Positions 31,191 through 40,017 of a stretch of DNA of 64,000 bases are shown here, in pieces. The DNA is from Candidatus Gastranaerophilaceae bacterium (GTDB lineage: Bacteria; Cyanobacteriota; Vampirovibrionia; Gastranaerophilales; Gastranaerophilaceae). The notes below the pieces were generated by a model that was not told where the DNA came from, ran no database searches, and saw only the letters and a list, made by a program, of their open reading frames with translations. How positions within the stretch are numbered: position 1 is the stretch's first letter; each line of letters opens with the position of its first letter. Location of the stretch: NCBI GenBank assembly GCA_045651695.1, contig JAZRSZ010000050.1:1701-65700 (forward strand). The letters run 5' to 3'. Position numbers and translations under genes: made by a program.

Positions 31191-31212
31191 AACTAACCTA
31201 CCTTTCAAAAAA

Positions 31213-31223
31213 ATTATATCACA
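31213..31223 (-). promoter_or_regulatory. Extended -10 promoter element TGTGATATAAT for trpS (leader only about 20 nt).
   Basis: The minus strand reads TTTTTATTTGTGATATAATTTTTTTGAAAGGTAGGTTAGTTATG. Confidence 0.55.
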
Positions 31224-31250
31224 AATAAAAAGTCGGTTTTTAACCGACTT
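31224..31250 (-). terminator. Intrinsic terminator of the 94-aa ORF.
   Basis: The minus strand reads AGTCGGTT-AAA-AACCGACT followed by TTTTTATTT. Confidence 0.8.
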
Positions 31251-31288
31251 TATTATCATTTCCTATTTCCTTATCTTATCCTATTGAC

Positions 31289-31573
31289 TTACGCAACGAC
31301 TCTTGATACAAAGTTTGCAATATCACTGAATGAATCTCTTACAAATTCTTTTGCCAATGTTTTAATTGGTCTGTTTTCAATACAGTTGAAAACATAATAT
31401 ATTGGATCTTGTGCATTATTAAATCTCATTCTTCTGTCTTTTTTATCTAAGTAACAGTAATCTTCAATAGAAAAACCTTTTGTAGTTGATTTTCTATTTC
31501 TTCTTCTTGTTAATGAACCAAATTGACCATTACCAGAAGTTTCATTATGTGAATTTGCTGCTGTTTCAATCAT
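31289..31573 (-). CDS. Hypothetical 94-aa protein.
   Basis: The ORF is bounded by its own terminator and has a basic N-terminal region (RRRNRKSTTKG). I recognise no domain. Confidence 0.45.
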   Translation of the reverse strand: MIETAANSHNETSGNGQFGSLTRRRNRKSTTKGFSIEDYCYLDKKDRRMRFNNAQDPIYYVFNCIENRPIKTLAKEFVRDSFSDIANFVSRVVA

Positions 31574-31688
31574 CTCTTGCTCTCTTTCTAAATAATCTCT
31601 TCTTGTATATATAAAGTATATAACTTTAAAAAAATTGCCTTTTGGGATTTCTTTTTGTTAACATTTGTTTACAAAAAAAATAAGCATT

Positions 31689-31716
31689 TAAAAAAGCCCT
31701 TGTAACAAGGGCTTTT
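31689..31716 (-). terminator. Bidirectional-looking intrinsic terminator.
   Basis: AAAAAA-GCCCTTG-TAA-CAAGGGC-TTTTCT. Confidence 0.8.
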
Positions 31717-31731
31717 CTATTGTTGTATATC

Positions 31732-32139
31732 TTAAGCCTTTGCTGCCGCTTCTGCTGCTTCTGCTGCTACGCCAGCTGCTGCATCTTTAGATTTCGCTGG
31801 TTTTAATTTTTCAACTGCAAGAACCAACGGTGTCCAAACTTTTTCATCAATTTTATTACCAGCAACTGCCAAATAGTGTTTTGCTTTCTCCATCATTTTA
31901 GCGTCAGCCAAGTTATCAACTTGTTTAAACCATTTACCATTTTTAGCACCATAAACTAAACCACCAGCAACTACTACTGCTGCTGCAACTGTTGCTGCCA
32001 AGGCTTTTAAAAATTTACCTTTTTTCTTTGGTGCAGCATTTACCGGCGCAGAATCCGGTCTCGTATATGCTCCAGGACGACTAATTGGATCCATTGGGGC
32101 ATTTGCTTTAAAACTTACTGAAGAAACAGAACCTATCAT
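31732..32139 (-). CDS. Hypothetical single-pass membrane protein with an Ala-rich C-terminal tail. The start is revised to the ATG at 32139.
   Basis: GGAGG lies 8 nt before the ATG at 32139 (MIGSVSSVSFKANAP...). The TM segment is LKALAATVAAAVVVAGGLVYG. It shares the VSFKAN - linker - KK - TM arrangement with the 798-aa protein at 2601-4997. Confidence 0.55.
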   Translation of the reverse strand: MIGSVSSVSFKANAPMDPISRPGAYTRPDSAPVNAAPKKKGKFLKALAATVAAAVVVAGGLVYGAKNGKWFKQVDNLADAKMMEKAKHYLAVAGNKIDEKVWTPLVLAVEKLKPAKSKDAAAGVAAEAAEAAAKA

Positions 32140-32302
32140 AAGAGAACCTCCTACTATTACTTTTACATGCATATTAAGAAAACTGACAAAAATATTTTGA
32201 CTTAATTTAGAGGTTTATTCAAATATTGTTACAAAACTTTACATTATTTTTGGAATATTTTTTTATTTATTGCCATCTTATTATATGTAAGGGGAGAATG
32301 AA

Positions 32303-34780
32303 ATGGAACAAATTATTTATATTGAACAAAATGACAGAGATGAAGCAACTAAGTTATCTAAGAGTTTCACACTTAAAGAAATAAGCGAAAGAGCATATGT
32401 TAATGCGTTAGGCGCAGAAATAGCAATGAAATATCTTGCTCAAGCAAATATTAACGTTTCAAATGCGTACAACTTGCATAACATTAACAAAATTCGCGAA
32501 GAATTTGATATTGCAGATATTATGTTGCCAAATATTCATCTTGATGTACGTATGGTATATAACGAAGACGAAATTTTTGTTCCAAAATCTCACTTTGAAT
32601 ATAACTTATTACCAGATATATATCTCGTATTTGAAGTCGCAAAAGATTCTACCCACGTTAAATTTTTAGGATTTTTCGAGCCTAAATTAATCAATAAAAA
32701 CAATAAAAACAAAGATTACTACTTTATAGAAAAAGAAAAATTATCAAATCCTGATGATCTAAAAAATTTCATTGAGAATTTTAATGGAAACACCACACAA
32801 GCAACCGAAGAAGATGAAATAGAACTTGGGCAAAAACTTGCATTATCTTTAATTGATAACAATATCAGCAAAGATAATAAAAAAGAACTTATAGAAATGC
32901 TAAAAAAATCTTCTGTTTTAAGACAAGATTTAATTGAGTTTGATAATTTTGAACTAATCTCATATCACACATCACAAATAGAAGATTTTAAAAATCCTGA
33001 TATAAATATTTCAACACAAGTTGCAAATAATATTGATGAATTTGATATGTTTGATACACCTTTTGAAGCCGTTGAAGCAACTGTTCAAACAGAAACACCA
33101 ACAATAGATGTTAACCCAATAGAAAATTTAAGTTCTCCTGAACCAATCGAAGGACTTAATCCTATAGAAGACGTTACTCTTCAGGAGCCTGTTCTAGAAA
33201 CTTTGGACACATTAGAACCTATTGAGACTATTGGTGAAATAGATACCCTTGAGCCTATTGACACTATTGAGTCCATTCAACCTATAGAAGAACTTAATCC
33301 TATAGAAGACATTACTCTTCAAGAACCTACTCTTGAAACTGCGAACTCTATTGAATCAATTGCAAATATAGAAGCAATAGATATCCTTGAACCTATTGAT
33401 ACTACTCAACCTACACAGGAAATCAATACTATAGAGGAACTTACAGTGACAGAAGCACCTATTCAAGAACCTACTCTTGAGGCTTTGAATTCTCCTGATC
33501 CTATTAAAAATATTGAAACAATAGATGCCATTGAGCCAATTGATTCTGTCGAAACTATTGATTCTATCGAGCCTATCGAGGATAATAACACGGTAGAAAA
33601 TGTTACCTTTGAACCAATAGCAGAACTTAACCAAACTCAAGAAAACAATACAGATATCCCTGTTATTGAAACATTAGATACTTTTGAAGCACTTGAAGCA
33701 TTAAAACCTATCGAAGAAGTTAATTCTATTGAAGAAATTCAAGAACCAGTAATAGAAACTCCACAAACAAATATCATTCAAGATTTAATAAATGAAGAAA
33801 GAGAAATTAGCGCAGATATTGAATACACAGAAAATTCAAATGATCCTTTAGACACTTTATTTAACAGCGGAGAAGAATACAACGCAAAACCAACTAAAAC
33901 AAACAACACCCCACCACCTCCTCCACAACCTAACAAATCTGCGGAAACATATCAAATCCCTCAAGAGGAAGTTAACACTAATAAGTCTTTTGAAAACTCC
34001 AGAGTTATTTCAAATCAAAATATAACAGTTGGAGAAATTCCTATTGACATAAACAATAACGATACTACAATGAGAGATCAATTACCAGAAGCAGAACAAA
34101 CATATGAAACACCTATAGAGGCAAAACCACAAGGAAACAAAAAAATATTAACAGCAATTGTTTTATTAGCAATTATTGGCTCTGGTTTAGCATACACATT
34201 GTTGAATAAAAAACCTGCAAGCAAAAATATTGCCAAAAATATTCCAGATAATATTACAAAAGAAATTCCTCAACTTCCACCAACAGTGGATTTAGAAGAC
34301 GTTACTCTTCCGCCAATCGAACCTAATAAAACAACTAAAAAGGAAGTTCAAAAACCTTCAACAAAAGCAACAAAAGCAGAAGCAAAAAAAGAAATAACAA
34401 AACCTGCAACTCCTAAAGGACCAGCAATTGAAACTCCATATTTAGAAGTTAAAAAAATAAGTTGGTCAATTCCTGATTACTTATCATACAATGATACATT
34501 CAAGAGTTATCTACAAACAGCAGGCAAAAGTTTGAAATTATCATTATCAAGTGATTTATTACTTGCTACTGAATATTCATATTCAAACAAATTACAAGTC
34601 GATATTAAATTATCAAAAGAAGGCTCTATACAAGACGTAACAATGCTCCAATCAAGCGGTTCAACCCAAATTGACAACATTGTGTTACGAACTGTTAAAG
34701 AAACTTTAACAATCCTGAAAGCGCCTAATGACGCTATTGTTGGGGATAAATTAAACTTAACTCTTATAATATATTTGTAA
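32303..34780 (+). CDS. Large single-pass membrane protein: N-terminal soluble domain, acidic PIE-rich repeat region, TM segment, and a C-terminal TonB-C-like domain.
   Basis: The TM segment is ILTAIVLLAIIGSGLAYTLL, preceded by NNTPPPPPQPNK. The C-terminal KLQVDIKLSKEGSIQDVTMLQSSGSTQIDNIVLRTVKETL resembles the TonB_C pattern G.V.V.F.V...G.V.DV.V..SSG...LD.AA. The N-terminal segment ...IFVPKSHFEYNLLPDIYLVFEVAKDSTHVKFLGFFEPKLINK is reminiscent of cyanobacterial DUF1822, though my confidence in that is low. Confidence 0.6.
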   Translation: MEQIIYIEQNDRDEATKLSKSFTLKEISERAYVNALGAEIAMKYLAQANINVSNAYNLHNINKIREEFDIADIMLPNIHLDVRMVYNEDEIFVPKSHFEYNLLPDIYLVFEVAKDSTHVKFLGFFEPKLINKNNKNKDYYFIEKEKLSNPDDLKNFIENFNGNTTQATEEDEIELGQKLALSLIDNNISKDNKKELIEMLKKSSVLRQDLIEFDNFELISYHTSQIEDFKNPDINISTQVANNIDEFDMFDTPFEAVEATVQTETPTIDVNPIENLSSPEPIEGLNPIEDVTLQEPVLETLDTLEPIETIGEIDTLEPIDTIESIQPIEELNPIEDITLQEPTLETANSIESIANIEAIDILEPIDTTQPTQEINTIEELTVTEAPIQEPTLEALNSPDPIKNIETIDAIEPIDSVETIDSIEPIEDNNTVENVTFEPIAELNQTQENNTDIPVIETLDTFEALEALKPIEEVNSIEEIQEPVIETPQTNIIQDLINEEREISADIEYTENSNDPLDTLFNSGEEYNAKPTKTNNTPPPPPQPNKSAETYQIPQEEVNTNKSFENSRVISNQNITVGEIPIDINNNDTTMRDQLPEAEQTYETPIEAKPQGNKKILTAIVLLAIIGSGLAYTLLNKKPASKNIAKNIPDNITKEIPQLPPTVDLEDVTLPPIEPNKTTKKEVQKPSTKATKAEAKKEITKPATPKGPAIETPYLEVKKISWSIPDYLSYNDTFKSYLQTAGKSLKLSLSSDLLLATEYSYSNKLQVDIKLSKEGSIQDVTMLQSSGSTQIDNIVLRTVKETLTILKAPNDAIVGDKLNLTLIIYL
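33140..33600 (+). repeat. About three imperfect tandem units of 138-146 nt (46-48 aa) encoding acidic (E/D/P/I/T/L) repeats.
   Basis: The units are LNPIEDVTLQEPVLETLDTLEPIETIGEIDTLEPIDTIESIQPIEE, LNPIEDITLQEPTLETANSIESIANIEAIDILEPIDTTQP... and LTVTEAPIQEPTLEALNSPDPIKNIETIDAIEPIDSVETIDSIEPIED. The DNA anchor cttaatcctatagaagac recurs at 33155 and 33293. Confidence 0.8.
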
Positions 34781-34783
34781 ATA

Positions 34784-34792
34784 TGGTATAAT
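34784..34792 (+). promoter_or_regulatory. Extended -10 element TGGTATAAT in the 31-nt gap upstream of the sigma-like gene.
   Basis: AATATGGTATAATTCACACTATAGGTGAAATAGTG, with a GTG start at 34812. Confidence 0.5.
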
Positions 34793-34811
34793 TCACACTA
34801 TAGGTGAAATA

Positions 34812-35363
34812 GTGGAATTAGCACAAGACAAATTAGATTTAATAGAGAAGATAGTAAAGAGCAATAAAAAATTCTTAAACAACGAGGATTTATACGAAGA
34901 TTTCTTTAATGAGACTTGCAAGCGCTCACTTGCAATAATTAATGTTGTGTCTTCTGAAGCAGCATTAGAACCTTATATAAGGAAAATTGCAACAACATCA
35001 ATTTTAAATGTTCTTAAAGATTCTGGCAGACTAAAACGTACAAAAGACGGGTACACTCCTGTTGTGGAAGTTTCTCTTGATACTAAAGATTATTCAGAAG
35101 TTGAGATTTCATATAGTAATTTCTCTATAGAACCATCACCGGAAGAAATAGTAATTCAGCAAGATATTTTATCTAAAATTGCTGGCTACGTTCACAAAGC
35201 AAACGAAGAAGAACCTGAAAAACAATACTTACAAATATACAAACTTAGATACCAAGACGGTATGACACAGAATGAAATTTCTGAAGAATTAGGTTTATCT
35301 CAATCTGAAGTATCAAAAAGATTATTCAAATTAATGAAAAAGATTAAACAGTCATTGGTATAG
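34812..35363 (+). CDS. Divergent sigma-70-family (ECF-like) protein with a clear region-4 HTH.
   Basis: Region 4 reads YLQIYKLRYQDGMTQNEISEELGLSQSEVSKRLFKLMKKIK. The N-terminal helices (DLYEDFFNETCKRSLAIINVV...YIRKIATTSILNVLKD) are only loosely like region 2. Confidence 0.6.
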   Translation: MELAQDKLDLIEKIVKSNKKFLNNEDLYEDFFNETCKRSLAIINVVSSEAALEPYIRKIATTSILNVLKDSGRLKRTKDGYTPVVEVSLDTKDYSEVEISYSNFSIEPSPEEIVIQQDILSKIAGYVHKANEEEPEKQYLQIYKLRYQDGMTQNEISEELGLSQSEVSKRLFKLMKKIKQSLV

Positions 35364-35365
35364 TT

Positions 35366-38284
35366 ATGAAGTGCCCTATTTGCAAAAAAACAATATCAGA
35401 GAACATATTAAAATGTCCACATTGTAATGTTAGAGTTGGTTTAAGATGTAAAAATTGCAATACTATCAATTCAGTACATAATTTAAATTGTTCCCAATGT
35501 GGTCAAGAACTTCTTAAAATATGTAATAAATGCAAAAGTGTAAATTTCCCAAATGCAAAAAGTTGCAGAAAATGCGGAACACATTTTCAAACTGAAAAAC
35601 CACAACCAATGGTTTATAAAGCTAAAGTATATTCTCAAAAAGAAGCCATCAAAGTTCTGACATCTGGATTAAAAGCAAATCATAAAAAAATCTTTTCAAT
35701 ATCTGGCGAAAAAGGAAGTGGAAAAAGCGAAGTTTTAAAAAGAGTAATTGAAAGACTTGAACAAGAAAGAATAATATGGCTTTTTGGTAAATGTACACCA
35801 CTGACACAATTGACACCAGGTGGATTAATCCAAGATATTTTACTAAATATGTTTGGATTGCCCAATTTTTGCTCTAGTTCACCAACCTTTAAAAAAGAGG
35901 CAATAAACTTTTTTAAAGGGGAATTCCCAGAAATGGATTTAAAAGAAATTGAACTATTACTAAATTTCTTATACTCAACAAATTATGGTAAATTTGAAGA
36001 TTTGCAAAAAAACAAAACTTTGACTTTTGAAGTATTATATAAAGTTTTCAACAAAATTTCTACCCTCGGCTGTTTCGTAATTGTTGCTGACAATTTTGAT
36101 TTTATAGACGGTTTTTCATACGAATTTATGAATAATTTATTCAAAAATAAAACCCACAATATGAAACTTGTAATGATGTACTGTGAACCAAAACCATCTA
36201 GTTCCTTTATTTTTTATAACGAAGAAAACTCAACCTTAGACATAAATCTTGCGCCACTAAACAAAACCGAGATGCAAGAATTTTATAGGACATTCCAAGA
36301 AGATTTTTCATACACAAATGACGCAGAGAAAAGAGAAATCTTTGAAAAAAGTAACGGTAATCCAGCATTTTTAGAACAGGCACTCAGCCTTTGTTTTGAT
36401 TGTCAATTCAGCGAAAAAACATTTAAACTACCAAACACCTTTACTGAAATCACTAAACAACGTTTAAAAAATTTAAAAGAGTTTAATCCTATTGCATACA
36501 AAACTCTTGTTGGGGCTTCTGTTTTAGGAGATAAAATAAACCCGACATTATTAAAAGAAATTTTCGCATTCAAAGACAATGAATTTAATGGAATTCTTGA
36601 ATATTTAACAAAAATGCAATTTATTAAACCTTTAAACGAAAATTTGTATGAATTTAAAAACCTATTACTTTGGGAAACAATCCTTACCAATTCAAAATCC
36701 GATAAAGATTTTATAGAGGCAAACAAACAAATCGCAAATTCTCTAAACTCGTTAGTTCTAAATTCAAATGCGATTTTAGGGATTATTGCACAAAATCTTA
36801 AACAGACGGAGTTGGCACTAGATATTTGGACAAAAAACACTAAACTAGCGGCCTATTTAGGTGATGTTAACTTATACGTTATCTCACAAAAACAATGCCT
36901 TGCTTTAATTAATGAAATTGATGATAAAACAACCCTTGCAACAAGATACAATATATACGAAAGATTAGGAAAAATTTTATCAGAATACAATCCCAAAGAG
37001 GCAATGGAATACTTACCTGATGCCATAAATAATGCAAAAATAACAGGAAATAACACAAAAGAAATTGAACTTTTAGGATATTTAGCAAATTGTTGTGAAA
37101 AAACAAGTAATTTCTATGGTAATATCGAATGCGTTAACACTGTTTTGTCAAAAACAAACCCAAACAGATCACTAGAAATAGCACTTTTAAAAACAACAAA
37201 ATTAAATGCGCTATTACACGTAGGTAATTTTGGCGAAATAATTAATACTATAGAAAACGATATCTTGCCTGTTTTAGATGAATATTTATCAAGACCAAAA
37301 AGAATGGCTTTTAGTTATGAATTTTTGTATGATACTTGGGTAAATACATATTTAATTTTAGCAAAAGCACTTGTAAGACAAGGTAATGACCGTTCATTTG
37401 AAATACTTACAATAATTTTTGATATCATCGAAAGAGACAAAATAAAAGACAAAAACTTTATTTGCAAGAGCAAACTTACATTAGCATTGGCAAATACAAT
37501 AAAAGGAGATTACACAACATCTGAAAAAATTTTGAATGATATTTTTGAACATTTTCCATCAAAAGATTTGGAAAATGCAAATATCCTCGAATGGAATTTA
37601 ATTAAAATTATCAACAAAATTTTAAACAAAAAACATGATGGTTTACAAGAAAACCTTTTTAACGCGGTAACTTTTGCAAGTGACTGTCAAGACGAATATA
37701 CAAAAAATATTCTAAAAACATTATTGGGTAAAGTATTCAAAGATAATAGACAAGCAAAAGAGGCTTTAGAAATATATAATGGCCAAATCACGTATTTTGC
37801 CAAAGAAAAATTTGCAACAGGCGCACTACTTACATGGTATTTAATTGCGGAAGCAACTTTAGATACAGAAGGCCCACATGCAGCAATCGATATCGCTCAA
37901 CAAGCCATTGATGTTGCGAAAAATCCTAGTTTATATAACTATTATTTCTTAGTTCTTTTGAAATTAATTATCGCAAAAGCCAGCATCGTTATTTCTGATT
38001 ACGAAACCGCAAAAATAAATTTAGATAGTGCCATTACCCAATCCGTAAAATTTAATATGCTTGATTTATTATCTAAATCTTATCTTCTTTATGGCAAATA
38101 TTTCCAAGAAATCGGATTAGTAAAAACACCTCAACAAAAACAATACTTATTTGCAGCAAAAGAAATGTTTAATAAAGTTTCAGAAATACTTAAACATACA
38201 AAAAATAGTTCTGTAAATAAAGAAAATGAACAAGCAAAAAAAACATTGAACTCTTTTTGCACTTTACACAATATGAAGATTTAA
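35366..38284 (+). CDS. STAND-type P-loop NTPase with an N-terminal triple zinc ribbon and a long C-terminal TPR-like helical repeat array.
   Basis: Six CxxC pairs occur in the first 72 aa (CPIC/CPHC, CKNC/CSQC, CNKC/CRKC). Walker A is SGEKGSGKS, Walker B-like is CFVIVADNFD, followed by about 650 aa of helical repeats. It starts 3 nt after the sigma-like gene. Confidence 0.7.
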   Translation: MKCPICKKTISENILKCPHCNVRVGLRCKNCNTINSVHNLNCSQCGQELLKICNKCKSVNFPNAKSCRKCGTHFQTEKPQPMVYKAKVYSQKEAIKVLTSGLKANHKKIFSISGEKGSGKSEVLKRVIERLEQERIIWLFGKCTPLTQLTPGGLIQDILLNMFGLPNFCSSSPTFKKEAINFFKGEFPEMDLKEIELLLNFLYSTNYGKFEDLQKNKTLTFEVLYKVFNKISTLGCFVIVADNFDFIDGFSYEFMNNLFKNKTHNMKLVMMYCEPKPSSSFIFYNEENSTLDINLAPLNKTEMQEFYRTFQEDFSYTNDAEKREIFEKSNGNPAFLEQALSLCFDCQFSEKTFKLPNTFTEITKQRLKNLKEFNPIAYKTLVGASVLGDKINPTLLKEIFAFKDNEFNGILEYLTKMQFIKPLNENLYEFKNLLLWETILTNSKSDKDFIEANKQIANSLNSLVLNSNAILGIIAQNLKQTELALDIWTKNTKLAAYLGDVNLYVISQKQCLALINEIDDKTTLATRYNIYERLGKILSEYNPKEAMEYLPDAINNAKITGNNTKEIELLGYLANCCEKTSNFYGNIECVNTVLSKTNPNRSLEIALLKTTKLNALLHVGNFGEIINTIENDILPVLDEYLSRPKRMAFSYEFLYDTWVNTYLILAKALVRQGNDRSFEILTIIFDIIERDKIKDKNFICKSKLTLALANTIKGDYTTSEKILNDIFEHFPSKDLENANILEWNLIKIINKILNKKHDGLQENLFNAVTFASDCQDEYTKNILKTLLGKVFKDNRQAKEALEIYNGQITYFAKEKFATGALLTWYLIAEATLDTEGPHAAIDIAQQAIDVAKNPSLYNYYFLVLLKLIIAKASIVISDYETAKINLDSAITQSVKFNMLDLLSKSYLLYGKYFQEIGLVKTPQQKQYLFAAKEMFNKVSEILKHTKNSSVNKENEQAKKTLNSFCTLHNMKI

Positions 38285-38306
38285 AAAAGCACCCTTTCGG
38301 GTTCTT
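38283..38306 (-). terminator. Weak hairpin terminator shared by convergent genes.
   Basis: The minus strand reads ACCC-GAAA-GGGT followed by GCTTTTTT. The stem is only 4 bp. Confidence 0.3.
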
Positions 38307-38314
38307 TAAATTCA

Positions 38315-38842
38315 TTAATCAATTGGCATTATAAGTTTTTGACCAATTTGTAATTTATGAATATTACTCATTTTATTAACCCTCTGAACTTCTTTTGCTC
38401 TTTCTGGGCTATATGAGCCATAAAATCTAATTAAAATGCTTTCAACTGTGTCACCACTTTTTACAATATATGTCTCAGGAGAAGATGACGTTGTTGAAGT
38501 TGAAGACGGAATAAAATGAACACTTTCATTTTTAACCGGTGTTGTAGAAGCAACTTTAACATCAGGTGTTTTTGAAGCAAAACTAATAATTGTTGTCAAA
38601 ATCAACATAAAGATTGCACCTGAAACAAAACCTGTTGCAAGATAAACACTTGGAGAGGTTTTTTGATTGATTTTAAAGTTTTCCCAAAGAATATCTAGTT
38701 CTTTTTCTTTATTTGGACGCACATAAACACTTGGAGAGTTATCAAAAGATGTTTCTTCTTTATAACGAGAAAGTGCTTCTAACACGGCCATTTTTTCTTT
38801 AGATAAATTTGATCTTCTTAATGTTGAACTTTTCATTTTCAA
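38315..38842 (-). CDS. Single-pass membrane protein with a C-terminal LysM domain.
   Basis: The TM segment is VYLATGFVSGAIFMLILTTIISFA. The LysM domain is YIVKSGDTVESILIRFYG...LQIGQKLIMP. Confidence 0.7.
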   Translation of the reverse strand: MKMKSSTLRRSNLSKEKMAVLEALSRYKEETSFDNSPSVYVRPNKEKELDILWENFKINQKTSPSVYLATGFVSGAIFMLILTTIISFASKTPDVKVASTTPVKNESVHFIPSSTSTTSSSPETYIVKSGDTVESILIRFYGSYSPERAKEVQRVNKMSNIHKLQIGQKLIMPID

Positions 38843-38971
38843 ACCTCACAATCCCTAACATGTAATAAAATGCTAGCATGACAAATTTTGAATTTCAAGT
38901 ATTTGTAAATTTTTCAAAAATTTTAGACTATAAAAGGTTTTTTGTATATAATTTGTAGTGGAAGTAAAACA

Positions 38972-40006
38972 ATGACTAAAAAAGCACTTTTAATCAAATT
39001 ATCATCACTAGGAGACGTAATTCATACAATTCCACTTGCAAATTCATTAAAATCTGCAGGTTATGAAATCACATGGCTAGTTTCAGAAAAAGGGATACAA
39101 GTATTAGAAGGTAACCCTTGTGTTGATAAAGTTGTCCTTGTTCCTATTAAACAATGGAAAAAGAGAGGATTTTCATTTAAAAGTTTCAAAGAATATTTAT
39201 CAATATTAAAAACCTTACGCAATGAACACTTCGACCTAGCGATTGACGCTCAAATGATGTTCAAGACTCTTTATTGGATGTTATTTTGCGGTGCAAAACG
39301 CAGAATTATCTCAAAACAAACTCAAGAATTTGCCTTTCTTGGCGCAAATGAAATTATCCCAGATACAATAAAAGATTTGAAATATCCTGTAGTTAGAAAT
39401 TATTTAAAATACGCAGATTACCTAGGTATTGATACAAGTGAAATTAAAATAACTTTACCAGAAAGTAGCCAAGAAATAAAAGATAAAATTGATAAGTTAT
39501 TAGCAGACATAAAAAAACCAATGGTCGTTATTTCACCTGCTACAACCTGGGACCCAAAGCATTGGGACAAAGACAATTGGATAGAAGTTATAAATGGGAT
39601 TGAGGATAAATGTTCAATCGTATTTACAGGAGGTCCAAACGATAAAGATCTTATCTCTTATATTGGCAACAACAAATTTTTAGATTTGAGTGGGAAAACT
39701 AATATTATAGAACTTGCAGAAATATTTTCTCGTGCAGATATTGTTATATCGCCAGACTCTGGCAGTACTCATCTTGCTTGGGCAACTCAAAAACCACACA
39801 TTATTACTATTTTTACTTGTACTCCAATTGAACATTATGCACCACCAGGGGATAATTGTAGTGCTTTAATTGGGAATTTGCCTTGCCAACCCTGCTACAG
39901 ACGTAAATGCAAGTTAAAAACTAATGCTTGTACAAAACTTCCAAAACCAAAAGATATTATTAACATTGTTAACAAAGTGTTATCAAATCAAAAAAATTGT
40001 GTATAA
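38972..40006 (+). CDS. Glycosyltransferase family 9 (LPS heptosyltransferase-like). The start is revised to the ATG at 38972.
   Basis: Motifs are KALLIKLSSLGDVIHTIPLANSLK and ...ISPDSGSTHLA. A candidate promoter TTAGAC-18-TATAAT (38923-38952) lies upstream of the ATG at 38972. Confidence 0.8.
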   Translation: MTKKALLIKLSSLGDVIHTIPLANSLKSAGYEITWLVSEKGIQVLEGNPCVDKVVLVPIKQWKKRGFSFKSFKEYLSILKTLRNEHFDLAIDAQMMFKTLYWMLFCGAKRRIISKQTQEFAFLGANEIIPDTIKDLKYPVVRNYLKYADYLGIDTSEIKITLPESSQEIKDKIDKLLADIKKPMVVISPATTWDPKHWDKDNWIEVINGIEDKCSIVFTGGPNDKDLISYIGNNKFLDLSGKTNIIELAEIFSRADIVISPDSGSTHLAWATQKPHIITIFTCTPIEHYAPPGDNCSALIGNLPCQPCYRRKCKLKTNACTKLPKPKDIINIVNKVLSNQKNCV

Positions 40007-40017
40007 TAAAGGAATAT

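Noticed and set aside
31191-31260. A possible T-box or attenuator leader upstream of trpS.
   Set aside because: The extended -10 promoter (31213-31223) leaves only about 20 nt of leader. The only hairpin here (31231-31250) is the terminator of the upstream 94-aa ORF. There is no room for a specifier or antiterminator structure.
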